Below, in pieces: positions 37,471 through 47,273 of a stretch of DNA of 64,000 nt (positions are counted from its first letter, which is position 1; every line of letters starts with the position of its first letter). Under the pieces are notes generated by a model. That model had not been told where the DNA came from and made no database searches. It saw only the letters and a list, made by a program, of their open reading frames with translations. Source of the DNA: an uncultured Verrucomicrobiae bacterium (GTDB taxonomy: Bacteria; Verrucomicrobiota; Verrucomicrobiia; Chthoniobacterales; Chthoniobacteraceae); NCBI GenBank assembly GCA_963828525.1, contig CAWHEP010000009.1, positions 288,001 through 352,000 of the forward strand, in the 5' to 3' direction. The position numbers and the translations under genes are program-made.

Positions 37471-38396
37471 GTCGCCTCCCTTTTTTTCGCCAGGGAAAGC
37501 TCAATGATTCTCTCGCAAAGCTCGGCATACCCGATGCCCGCGACACCCGCCGCTTCCGGCAGCAAACTTGTTTCCGTCATGCCCGGGATCGTGTTGATCT
37601 CAAGGACGAAGGGATCGCCTTGCTGCGTCAGGATCAAATCCACTCGCGAATAAACTTCCAGTCCCAAAGCTTGGTGTGCTTCCAGCGCAATCTGTTGGAT
37701 GCGCAACGTGTCAGCGGCGCCAAGAGGGGCAGGGCATAGATGCTCGGCTCCTCCTCCACCCTGAGGATTTAAGAAAGGATATTTGTTATTGAAATCATAG
37801 AACTTACCTTTTGGCGTGATCTGAATAATCGGAAGCGCAAGAGTACCCAGTATGCCAACGGTCAACTCACGTCCGGGAATAAATTGCTCGACCAGCAGGC
37901 GCTCGTCGAACTGCGCGGCGTCTCGCAGGGCTGGCGCGATCTGTCCGGATTCACGGATTACATAGACACCGACCGCCGAACCCTGCCGAGGCGCTTTCAC
38001 GACATACGGGAGCGCCATGGATGGAAGTTCTCCGGAGCTTATCACCTCAAAAGGGGCAGTAGGTATCCCGGCGGCGGTGAATCTTTCCTTGGAAGCTATC
38101 TTATCGAAAGCGAGACGGCTTCCGGTGACTCCGTTACCCGTGTAAATAACGCCGAGATCATCCAGGATTTGCTGCACGTCCCCGTCTTCCCCAAAAGTTC
38201 CGTGAATAGCGTTGAAAACAATATAGACGTCTTCTGGAAGGATGAAGCCGGGGCCTTTCACATCGATTTCCTCCACCCTCGCGCCAAGGCTGCGCAGCGC
38301 TTTTGACACGCCCGCCGCAGTAGCCATCGAAACGGCCCGTTCGGAACCAGGTCCTCCTTTCAGGAGGGCTATGAGCTTGTTATGAAGAGATTCCAT
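37467..38396 (-). CDS. ddl: D-alanine--D-alanine ligase
   Basis: GGPGSER.VS, HGTFGEDG, QGSAVG, FYDFNNKY and EINTIPGMT. Confidence 0.95.
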   Translation of the reverse strand: MESLHNKLIALLKGGPGSERAVSMATAAGVSKALRSLGARVEEIDVKGPGFILPEDVYIVFNAIHGTFGEDGDVQQILDDLGVIYTGNGVTGSRLAFDKIASKERFTAAGIPTAPFEVISSGELPSMALPYVVKAPRQGSAVGVYVIRESGQIAPALRDAAQFDERLLVEQFIPGRELTVGILGTLALPIIQITPKGKFYDFNNKYPFLNPQGGGGAEHLCPAPLGAADTLRIQQIALEAHQALGLEVYSRVDLILTQQGDPFVLEINTIPGMTETSLLPEAAGVAGIGYAELCERIIELSLAKKREAT

Positions 38397-38412
38397 TTCG
38401 GTCGACCGACAC

Positions 38413-40701
38413 TTAGCAGATTTCTCCTACGATTTGAACCTCAGTCTCTAAAAGAATGCCTCGCTTTTCGATCGCCTCTTTCTTGATCCGCGCTATGAGC
38501 CTCAGCACGTCCTCGGAAGAAGCTCCCCCGTCGTTCACAATGAAGTTCCCGTGGACCTCCGAGACGCGCGCCTTACCCACGGACGAGTTCTTCAAACCCA
38601 GTTCATCGACAAGTTTCCCGGCTGGACATTCAACGGGATTTTTGAAGATGCATCCCGCGCTGGAAGCGGCGGGCTGCGATGTCCTTCTTTTCTGAACCGA
38701 CTCTGTCATCAGTCCCTGAATAGACTCTTTGGATCTCTCCTCCCCCCTAAAAACAGCCGAAACCGCGTAGCTCGTTTTAAGCGAAGGGACTTCGCGATAG
38801 CAAATCACGAGATCCGCCGGAGTTTTAGCGGAGATCCTGCCATCCGCGTCGACGATGGTAACGCTCTCCACGTTTCCAAAGGTCTCCGCTCCCATGGCTC
38901 CCGCGTTCATCCGCAGACTGCCGCCCACGTTACCCGGAATACCTTCCATCCATTCTAAGCCTCCTATGCCAGCGTCGCGGGCCGCGTTGCTCAGTTCTTT
39001 CAACTTCACTCCCGCGCCCGCGGTAATCTTGCGATCGACCACTTCCAATCTCTTGAACTGGCCACGGACGAGATGCGCGACGACGCCGGGAATTCCTCCG
39101 TCACGGACGAGGAGGTTCGATCCGCGTCCCATAACCATGATGGGGATCCCAGCGCCATGACAGTAAACAACCAATGCGATGAAGCCCTCTTCGCTATCCG
39201 GTTCCACCCAAAATTGCGCCGGCCCGCCCACACGTAAAGTAGTATGCCTGGACAGCGGCTCGTAGAGCGAGAATGCTCCCGTTTTTACGACGGCTTCGAT
39301 CTCTTCAAGGCGCCGCAGATCGGCTGATAGCTGCGTGGTTTCTTCATGTATGTCCCCCGCGCCCATACTGAGGATAAAGTCGCCTGGCTTTGCCATGTTT
39401 CCGATCGCCAGGCGCGCCTTCTTTCGGTTTCCTTCGAAATGCGCGCCTTTGTGCCCTCGGAGAGTCATCGCCTCGACGAGCGCGCGTCCAGTCACACCTT
39501 CTATCGGCTTTTCGCTCGCGGCATAGATATCCGTCACATACACGAGGGCAGAATCATCGAAAGCCGTGGCAAACTCGTGCTTCAGGCTCTGGGTGCGCGT
39601 GTATCTATGGGGCTGAAAAAGCGTGACGATCCGCCCATCACAGGTTCCCCTGGCGGTGGAGAGCGTCGCGCGAATTTCTGTGGGATGATGCCCATAGTCA
39701 TCCACGACCACGTATTTGGCGCTGCGATATTTTGTTTCGAAACGACGCCTGGCTCCGCGGAACGACGCGAGGGCCTCCGCAATGCAGCGCATATCCATCC
39801 CAAGAACCGTCGCAAGCGCCACGACTCCCACTGCATTGCTGACATTATGCCTGCCTGGGACATTGAGAACCACGCTTCCGATCACCGCGCCGTCGTTTTC
39901 TACTTCGAACGCGGACTGAAAGTTCTCCACACGAAGGTTGGTAAAGCGGAAGCAGGCATTTGCGCCTCCCCCAAAGGATACCGAACGGGGATGGCTCCTG
40001 CAGAGCCGATCCGTATTTGGGTCGTCGGAACAGTAAAAGACAGAACCGCGTGTATGATCCAGCAACTTCTGGAACGCGGCTTCAATAGCGGCGAGATTCT
40101 CGTAGTGGTCGAGATGCTCCTCCTCAATGTTGAGAAGGATGGAATGCTCCGGGTGATAGTTTACGATTGTGCCATCACTTTCATCGCCTTCGACCACGAA
40201 ATATTCACCCTTGGAATCCCAGAATGCGTTGGCGCCGAGGATGGGGATTTCGGCGCCTACATAGTGCGAAGGGTTCAGACCACCTGCCCGCAACACGTGA
40301 GCAGTCATGGCGGTTGTCGTGGTTTTTCCGTGCATGCCCGCGACAACGATGCCTCGCTTGCAGTTCATGATTGCCGCGACAGCATCCGCCCGGCGCGCCA
40401 TGTTCCTGCAAGCGCGAACGGCCTCGTCGTACCCGATATTGCCAGGCTTTATCGCTGAGGAGTAAATGACCAGATCGACATCGGTCACGGCTTCCGCTGT
40501 ATGCGGGCAGTGAAAAACCAGCCCTAGTTTTTCGAGCCGCTCCACTTCCACGGTGCTCACCTTGTCGGAGCCACTTACCCGATGCCCAAGCGCGAGCAAG
40601 AGTCCAGCGATGCCGCTCATGCCGGACCCGGAGACACCGAGGAGATGGATCCTCAGAGCGCCTCCCAACAGGATGTTCGAAAGTATCTTTCCAGTATCCA
40701 T
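38413..40701 (-). CDS. murC: Fused UDP-MurNAc--L-Ala ligase / UDP-MurNAc dehydrogenase (MurC-MurB)
   Basis: MurC motifs (GVSGSGMSG, GMHGKTTT, EGDESD, DDYGHHPTEI, FQPHRY) continue in frame into MurB motifs (HTTLRVGG, GRGSN, GIPGNVGG, SAGCIFKNP, HGNFIVN). Confidence 0.95.
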   Translation of the reverse strand: MDTGKILSNILLGGALRIHLLGVSGSGMSGIAGLLLALGHRVSGSDKVSTVEVERLEKLGLVFHCPHTAEAVTDVDLVIYSSAIKPGNIGYDEAVRACRNMARRADAVAAIMNCKRGIVVAGMHGKTTTTAMTAHVLRAGGLNPSHYVGAEIPILGANAFWDSKGEYFVVEGDESDGTIVNYHPEHSILLNIEEEHLDHYENLAAIEAAFQKLLDHTRGSVFYCSDDPNTDRLCRSHPRSVSFGGGANACFRFTNLRVENFQSAFEVENDGAVIGSVVLNVPGRHNVSNAVGVVALATVLGMDMRCIAEALASFRGARRRFETKYRSAKYVVVDDYGHHPTEIRATLSTARGTCDGRIVTLFQPHRYTRTQSLKHEFATAFDDSALVYVTDIYAASEKPIEGVTGRALVEAMTLRGHKGAHFEGNRKKARLAIGNMAKPGDFILSMGAGDIHEETTQLSADLRRLEEIEAVVKTGAFSLYEPLSRHTTLRVGGPAQFWVEPDSEEGFIALVVYCHGAGIPIMVMGRGSNLLVRDGGIPGVVAHLVRGQFKRLEVVDRKITAGAGVKLKELSNAARDAGIGGLEWMEGIPGNVGGSLRMNAGAMGAETFGNVESVTIVDADGRISAKTPADLVICYREVPSLKTSYAVSAVFRGEERSKESIQGLMTESVQKRRTSQPAASSAGCIFKNPVECPAGKLVDELGLKNSSVGKARVSEVHGNFIVNDGGASSEDVLRLIARIKKEAIEKRGILLETEVQIVGEIC

Positions 40702-41787
40702 TCAAGAACAGTAGCTCAACATGGCTTCGACCACCCGCGCGGCCGCGTTCGCATGTCCAAGCAGGGCGGCCTTTTCCGCCATTCGCCCGAGCATTGATGG
40801 ATCGCCGAGGATCTTGCGTATATTGTCCGCAAGCGCGATTGAGGTCGCTTCGTCCTCCTTCATCAAGACAGCGGCTCCCGCGCGCTCAAAAACCTTCGCG
40901 TTCAGGGTTTGGTGATCTTCAGCGGCATGGGGATAGGGAATGAGAATGGAGGGAAGCCCGAAGATTGCGATCTCGGCGAGGCTGGCCGCTCCAGAACGGG
41001 CAATCACAAGATCAGCAACGCTGTAGGCTTCCTCCATCCGCCTATGGAAGGCTGCGACAAACGCTGGCATATTCTCCCGCCGGTAATTCGCTGTCATCAA
41101 CGATTCATCCTGTGCCCCGCTGAGATGCGCGATCTGCATTGGAAGCCCCTTAAGCAGCGGAAGGGCCTTAATGATCGACTGATTGAGCCCATGCGCTCCC
41201 TGGCTGCCACCCATGATCAGCAGCGTTTTGTGTTCCGGTTTGAATCCGAAGAGACCCAGCGCCTCCTCCTTCGGTATGCGCCTGACGAGTGACTTCCTTA
41301 CAGGCGTACCAGTGACCTCGCATCGGGAGGCTGGAAAGAATTTTGCGCAATCCTCGAGACCAAGGAACACGGCCTTTACGATCTTCGCGTTCAACCGGTT
41401 AGCTTTCCCGGGGATGGCATTGGACTCGTGCAGAAAGGCAGGTATTCCCCTCCGCTTCGCGGCAAGGATAGGAGCGGTCGAGGTGAATCCCCCCATGCCA
41501 ATCACGGCATCCGGCTTGAACTGCTGGTATAAAACGCGGCACCGGGACAAGCTCTCAGCAAACTGCCGCATAAAGGGAACGATGGCCGGAGATAACAACT
41601 TCGGAAGTCCAATACCGGGTATTTTCTCGAACCTGAATTCATCACGGTCCTTTGTAGCCAGCGCATCGATTTCTTTCTCTGAAATGAGGATTATGACCTG
41701 ATCCCCGCGCTCACGCAGCACCTCGGCCACGGCGAGCGCAGGAAAAAGGTGCCCCCCCGTTCCTCCTCCTGCGATTACTATATTCAA
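40702..41787 (-). CDS. murG: MurG glycosyltransferase
   Basis: GGGTGGHLFP, HESNAIPG, GGSQGA, RSGA and HQTLNA. Confidence 0.95.
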   Translation of the reverse strand: MNIVIAGGGTGGHLFPALAVAEVLRERGDQVIILISEKEIDALATKDRDEFRFEKIPGIGLPKLLSPAIVPFMRQFAESLSRCRVLYQQFKPDAVIGMGGFTSTAPILAAKRRGIPAFLHESNAIPGKANRLNAKIVKAVFLGLEDCAKFFPASRCEVTGTPVRKSLVRRIPKEEALGLFGFKPEHKTLLIMGGSQGAHGLNQSIIKALPLLKGLPMQIAHLSGAQDESLMTANYRRENMPAFVAAFHRRMEEAYSVADLVIARSGAASLAEIAIFGLPSILIPYPHAAEDHQTLNAKVFERAGAAVLMKEDEATSIALADNIRKILGDPSMLGRMAEKAALLGHANAAARVVEAMLSYCS

Positions 41788-41791
41788 ACCG

Positions 41792-42937
41792 CTAAATCCT
41801 TGGGGTTACCCTCGCCTGGAGGCGCGCGGTCGTTCGATCCCCCGTATCCCCAATTCCCTGCCTATAGATATTCGCGAGGATGCCCACTCCGAGCAGGCAG
41901 AAGACAAGATTCGAGCCTCCGTAGCTAATATAAGGGAGCGGCAAACCCTTGTTAGGCAGTAACGAAGTGGTGACTCCGATATTTACCGCTGCCTGAAGGG
42001 AAATCATGGAGACAATTCCGCAGCCAAGCAACATTCCAAATCTGTCGCGTGATCGGATTGCGATCACCGTTCCACACACGATGAGGACTATATAGCAGAA
42101 AACAATGAGAAGAGTATAACGCAGGCCAAGTTCTTCTCCGATCATCGGAAGAATAAAATCGGTGTGAGCGAAGGGCACATACATCATCTTCTGCGTGCCG
42201 TTCCCGAGTCCGTGGCCCTCAATGCCGCCGGAGCCGAAGGCGATTAGTGCCTGGTATTGCTGAAGGCCCACGCCTTGCTTGTATTTCTCGGGATCGAGGA
42301 ACGCCATCAGGCGGCCATGCCTTTCCTTGATGTGCATGGCGGCATAAAGGATGCCGCCAACCCCGCTAAAAGCCAGCAATCCTATATGCAACAGGCTGCT
42401 GCCCGCGATAAACATAACAAGGAATGTTGTGCCTCCCACCAGCGCGGTGGTTCCGAGATCCACTTCACGCGCGATCAACCCCATCATCACGCCGATGACC
42501 AGGAGCGGAATCACAAATCCACGGAGAAACTGGCGTGATTCGTTGGCGTACCTAGAAAACCAATAAGCAAGGAACGCGATGGCAGCGAGCTTGCCTAACT
42601 CCGATGGTTGAAAAGCGATCACTCGAAAATTTATCCACCGGAACGATCCGTTTACTCTCATTCCAATGTGAGGAACGAAACAAAGCGCCAGAAGCAAGAG
42701 GGAAGCGCCAAACCACATCCACCATGTGCGCTGCCAAAAGTGGTAGTCAATCATTGCGGCGCAGACCGCCAAAACGAAACCGGCGCACATCCACAGACCC
42801 TGGCGCTTCACGAAATATACCGGATCTCCGTGGGTGTCCTGCGCAAACGCGCTCGTGCTGGACAGCATGATGATGCCCAGCACCAGCAGCGTGGCAACCG
42901 CGAGAAGCAGTAGATAGAAGCACTTGCGATGCATCAC
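41792..42937 (-). CDS. ftsW: SEDS peptidoglycan polymerase FtsW
   Basis: FQPSELGK, DLGT, HTDFI..GEELG and PNKGLPLPYISYGGS. Confidence 0.95.
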   Translation of the reverse strand: MMHRKCFYLLLLAVATLLVLGIIMLSSTSAFAQDTHGDPVYFVKRQGLWMCAGFVLAVCAAMIDYHFWQRTWWMWFGASLLLLALCFVPHIGMRVNGSFRWINFRVIAFQPSELGKLAAIAFLAYWFSRYANESRQFLRGFVIPLLVIGVMMGLIAREVDLGTTALVGGTTFLVMFIAGSSLLHIGLLAFSGVGGILYAAMHIKERHGRLMAFLDPEKYKQGVGLQQYQALIAFGSGGIEGHGLGNGTQKMMYVPFAHTDFILPMIGEELGLRYTLLIVFCYIVLIVCGTVIAIRSRDRFGMLLGCGIVSMISLQAAVNIGVTTSLLPNKGLPLPYISYGGSNLVFCLLGVGILANIYRQGIGDTGDRTTARLQARVTPRI

Positions 42938-43467
42938 TCATCAGCCTTTGGCGCGGCCTTCTTCTGCGGAATACGCAGTCTTTGGCCGATCTGAAGCTTT
43001 TTGGGTTCTTCAATCTTGTTGAGCCGCACGAGAGCGTCGGAACTCACATGAAGTTTGCGCGCGATGGCGGCAAGGTTGTCTCCCTTTGCGACAGTATAGA
43101 ACTCACTGGCGGTGGATGCGGCCTCTGGTTTCCTGGAGTCGGATCCCTTTTGCGCCGCAGGAGCGCTTCTTGCCGGCGTCCGCGCCTGGTCGTCAGGGTC
43201 CGCTGTCGTTGTACCCGAATTGGGGATCGGGGGCTCCGCTTGCAAAGGACTTGCCTGGACGGGGGCCTCAAGCGGCACCGGGCGCTCCGCACGGATTTTA
43301 TCGAACACAAAGATGCCCCCGAGAGCCACGACGTGGAGGATGAGCACGACAAAGACGGCGCTCGACAACTTCATCGTTGGCTCTTCATCGTAATCGGCAG
43401 CCGGAGTCATGCGCCGGGCTACCGCGCGCAGTTTCTTTTCCTTGGATCTGAACATTGGGATTTTCAT
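42934..43467 (-). CDS. Membrane-anchored LysM-domain protein
   Basis: TM helix, Pro/Ala linker and LysM YTVAKGDNLAAIARK...LQIGQRLRIP. Confidence 0.9.
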   Translation of the reverse strand: MKIPMFRSKEKKLRAVARRMTPAADYDEEPTMKLSSAVFVVLILHVVALGGIFVFDKIRAERPVPLEAPVQASPLQAEPPIPNSGTTTADPDDQARTPARSAPAAQKGSDSRKPEAASTASEFYTVAKGDNLAAIARKLHVSSDALVRLNKIEEPKKLQIGQRLRIPQKKAAPKADE

Positions 43468-44783
43468 TTGAGTGTTTGAACTGCCGCGCGGAATTGGTTT
43501 CCGCGGTCCGCATAGTTTTTGAACATGTCGAAAGAAGAAGTGCCTGGGGAAAACAGGACAACATCACCGGGATGAGCAGCAGCCGCCGACATCTCGACCG
43601 CCTCGGCGAGAGATCCTGCCATAATGCAATGTACCGTGTCTTTCCATTCCGCCTGGATGCGCGGAGCCATTTGCCCCAGCAAAATAGCCGCTCGCGCCTT
43701 CTCGGCGACCAGTGATGTCTGCGAACCGAAGTCAAAGCCCTTGTCCTTCCCTCCAGCGATCAGCACCACAGGACGGCTCTCGGATAGGAGCGCCTTTTCG
43801 AGCGCGTCGAGGTTGGTAGCCTTGGAGTCATTCACGTAGTCCACACCGCGGAGCTGCCTGACCAGCTCACATCGATGGGGAAGTGGTTTGTATTCCGCAA
43901 GCGATGCCGCCATCGCCTCGAGCGGCAGACCGCGCGCAAGGCCCACACCCATCGCTGCCATAAGATTTTCAGCGTTATGCAAGCCTCGCAGTTTCGTTTG
44001 ATCCATGCTCAGCACGGGAGTTCCCAGGTGACGAATCACTCCCGCCTCGAAATCGAAGTCCCCTCCCTTTTCATAGGCGCTAAACGTAATCTTTTTCGCC
44101 CTGAGCGAAGGCAGCTCGTCCCGCAGGTTTACTACAGCGAAATCCTCCGTCGTCTGATTCTCAAAAATCCTGAGCTTCGCCTCTTTATACTCCTTGAGAG
44201 TTGCATACCGATCCAGATGATCAGGGGCGAAATTCAGCCAGACGCTTACCCGCGGCCGAAAATGCCGGATTCGTTCGAGTTGGAAAGAGCTTACCTCCAC
44301 GGTCATGACATCAAGCTCCGAGCTGCCCGCTACAGTTGCCGCGAAGGACGGCCCTATATTCCCGCAAGCGAGGGTGCGGACTCCACATCCGCTCAGCATC
44401 CCGGCGACCAGTTCGGTGGTGGTTGTCTTTCCGTTGGTTCCAGTAATGGCTATAACTGGGCACGCGCAAAGGTCGAAAGACATCTCGAGTTCACCGATTA
44501 TCTCAATCTGCTGGCGGATAAAGCTCTGAACCAGCGCAGCGGAGGGATCGATGCCGGGGCTTAGAACGGCAAGATCATAATGTCCGCGGTGTTGCTCTGC
44601 CTCGACACCGGCCACCACTGCCACGCCGCGGCTTCTCATAAGGCCGACCTTGGCCCCTAACCGCTCCTCCAGCGCGCTATCCAGCACCGTCACCTTCGCT
44701 CCTTCCGCCGCGAGCAATGCGGCGGCCGCTTCACCACTTTCTCCAAAACCAAGCACGGCAATCTTTTTGTCTTTGTAACGCAC
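43464..44783 (-). CDS. murD: UDP-MurNAc-L-Ala--D-Glu ligase
   Basis: ITGTNGKTTT, EVSSFQL, DHLDRY, NDSKATN and SFDMF...RG. Confidence 0.95.
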   Translation of the reverse strand: MRYKDKKIAVLGFGESGEAAAALLAAEGAKVTVLDSALEERLGAKVGLMRSRGVAVVAGVEAEQHRGHYDLAVLSPGIDPSAALVQSFIRQQIEIIGELEMSFDLCACPVIAITGTNGKTTTTELVAGMLSGCGVRTLACGNIGPSFAATVAGSSELDVMTVEVSSFQLERIRHFRPRVSVWLNFAPDHLDRYATLKEYKEAKLRIFENQTTEDFAVVNLRDELPSLRAKKITFSAYEKGGDFDFEAGVIRHLGTPVLSMDQTKLRGLHNAENLMAAMGVGLARGLPLEAMAASLAEYKPLPHRCELVRQLRGVDYVNDSKATNLDALEKALLSESRPVVLIAGGKDKGFDFGSQTSLVAEKARAAILLGQMAPRIQAEWKDTVHCIMAGSLAEAVEMSAAAAHPGDVVLFSPGTSSFDMFKNYADRGNQFRAAVQTLK

Positions 44784-44790
44784 ATTCTCC

Positions 44791-45909
44791 TCAGCGAAGT
44801 TTCAGAGTAGCAAGACCCAGGAAGGCGAACATGATCGAAAGGATCCAGAAACGAACAATGACAGTATTCTCCTTCCACCCCTTCAGTTCAAAATGATGAT
44901 GGATCGGCGACATAGCGAAGATTCGCTTGCCCGTAAGCTTAAAACTCGCGACCTGAAGGATCACCGAGAGCGCTTCGATCACGAAAATGCCTCCCACCAC
45001 AAGGAGAAGGAGTTCCTGTTTGCAACAGATGGCGATGACGCCCATCACCCCTCCGATCGCAAGAGAACCTGTGTCACCCATGAAGACCTTGGCTGGGTGA
45101 CAATTAAACCATAGAAACCCAAGGCCGGAGCCGACCAACGCCATGCAAATGACAGTCAGCTCGCCGGCGAAAGGATAGTAGGGGATCTGCAAGTATGTGG
45201 CGATCTTCACATTGCCGGCAACGTAAGTAAGCACGGCGTACGCAAAAGCAGCGGTTATCGTGCATCCCGTCGCGAGCCCATCGAGACCATCCGTCAGGTT
45301 GACCCCATTCGAGGTTCCTACAATGATAGCGGAATAGAATAGCAGCGTGAATGCCCCCATATTCGTGATGAGTGGCTCCTTGTAGAAGGGTACATAAAGC
45401 GTTCGGGCCTGGACGGAGATCGCCGGATTCCAAAGGAAAAATGCGGTGACTACCGCCGCCAGCGTGAATTGCGCTACGAGCTTTATCTTTCCGCTGATCC
45501 CATCCGACTTCTTTTTAGTGACCTTGAGGTAGTCATCAGCGAATCCCAGCAGACCGAGAAAGACCGTGGCGCCTATCGCAAGCCAGACCGCCGGGTTATC
45601 CGGCCGCGCCCATAGCAATGTGGAGACGACAACGGAACCGAGAAGCAGCACCCCTCCCATGGTCGGGGTTCCGCGCTTTCCTCCATGCAGTTCCGAAAGT
45701 TTGTGAACCTCTTCCTTGGTTCGGATTGGCTGCCCTATCTTTAGCGAAATGAGCTTGCGTATGACGGCTGGACCAAAGGTAAGGCAGAGCAGGAATGACG
45801 TCATGGCGGCGCCTACCGCGCGAAACGTAATATACTGGAAAACGTTGAAGGCCCGGATAAGGGTGACGGACTTGTAGGCTTCGCTGAGGAAGAACAAGTA
45901 ATACATCAT
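44791..45909 (-). CDS. mraY: Phospho-MurNAc-pentapeptide transferase
   Basis: GTPTMGG, DDY, NLTDGLDG, FMGDTGS and PIHHHFE. Confidence 0.95.
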   Translation of the reverse strand: MMYYLFFLSEAYKSVTLIRAFNVFQYITFRAVGAAMTSFLLCLTFGPAVIRKLISLKIGQPIRTKEEVHKLSELHGGKRGTPTMGGVLLLGSVVVSTLLWARPDNPAVWLAIGATVFLGLLGFADDYLKVTKKKSDGISGKIKLVAQFTLAAVVTAFFLWNPAISVQARTLYVPFYKEPLITNMGAFTLLFYSAIIVGTSNGVNLTDGLDGLATGCTITAAFAYAVLTYVAGNVKIATYLQIPYYPFAGELTVICMALVGSGLGFLWFNCHPAKVFMGDTGSLAIGGVMGVIAICCKQELLLLVVGGIFVIEALSVILQVASFKLTGKRIFAMSPIHHHFELKGWKENTVIVRFWILSIMFAFLGLATLKLR

Positions 45910-47269
45910 GGCCTTTCCAGTGCCTCCACGATCTGCTCCATGCGTAGCGAACGGCTTCCCTTCACGAGGACCACGTCGCCCCCGCGCGCGACTTCGCGTA
46001 ATAATACGGCGGCTTCCTCCACTGAAGCGGCGTGGAACGTAGATGGGACCCCCTCTCGCGCGCGGCGATTGTCACCAGATCAGCTCCGTCTCCGACGCTT
46101 ATAACGCAGTCAATCCCCTCCCTCGCCGCTTTTTCTCCCACCGCGCGATGCCCTTGCTCAAATTCCGCTCCCAGTTCGTTCATGCGGCCCAACACCGCCA
46201 GCCGCCTGCGCGCCGGAATCTGGGAAAGGGTCGCAATGGCGGCAGCCACTGAATCGGGGTTGGCGTTATAGGTGTCGTCCAGAATGCGGATGTCTCTTAC
46301 GAGTTTTTGCTGCAACCTCCCTTTGGTTAGTTGCGCCTCTCGCAACCCGGCAGCCGCTTCGGCGAGGCTGCATCCGAGAAAACGGGCGGCGGCGACTGCA
46401 AGCACTGCATTTTCGACCATGTGGCAGCCCGGCACGGGGATGAAGGCTGCCGCCGAGCCGGAACAGTTCTCGATGGTAAATTCGGTTCCATCCGGCGCGG
46501 GACGCAGATTTCTCGCGCGCACCTCGCCTTGATCTATCCCGGCAAGAATCGTCCGGGCTGAGGATCGGAGGGCAATAGCCGCCGAAAACGCGTCTTTTGC
46601 ATTCAGGAACAAGGCTCCATCGGGAGGCAAAAACTCGGCAAGCTCCCCCTTCTCCCGCGCGATCGCTTCCCGGCTGCCCAAGAACTCGATGTGCGCGACG
46701 CCAATGTTTGTGATGATGCCCGCGACAGGGCGGATGAGCTTCACCAAAGGCTGGATCTCACCGGCATGGTTCATGCCAACCTCGAACACTCCAACCTCAT
46801 GCGTGGAATTCGCCTTTAGCAGCATCAACGGCACGCCAATGTGGTTGTTCAGGTTGCCTTCCGTTTTGATGACTGCGAAACGAGCCGACAGAGCGGCCGC
46901 GGCGAAATCCTTCGTGCTGGTCTTACCGTTGCTGCCTGTGATCCCGAGTGTTCTCATCGCGAGAGTGTCGCGATACCGTCCTGCGAGGAGTTGGAGTGAG
47001 GCGAGGACGTTTGCAACGCGCACAATCGGCATATCACGCGGCAGCGATTCCGGGATGACTTCCACTATCGCGGCCGCCGCCCCTCGACGGGCTGCTTCTG
47101 GCACAAAGGCGTGACCGTCGAAATTACCGCCCTTTAAGGCAAGAAACAGATCACCCGCTTTGATCGAACGAGAGTCCGTGCATACATCGGTAACGGTCGT
47201 CCCAGCATCTCCGCTGAGCAGTTCTCCGTCGGTCCAAGCCGCGATTTGAGAGAGGGTTGTTGGATTCAT
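45906..47269 (-). CDS. murF: UDP-MurNAc-tripeptide--D-Ala-D-Ala ligase (frameshift in C-run 46049-46053)
   Basis: TGSNGKTSTK, GNLNNHIG, DDTYNANP and LGRMNELG. Adding one G restores VLVKGSR..RME, ending at a TGA that overlaps the mraY ATG. Confidence 0.93.
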
Positions 47270-47273
47270 CGGT

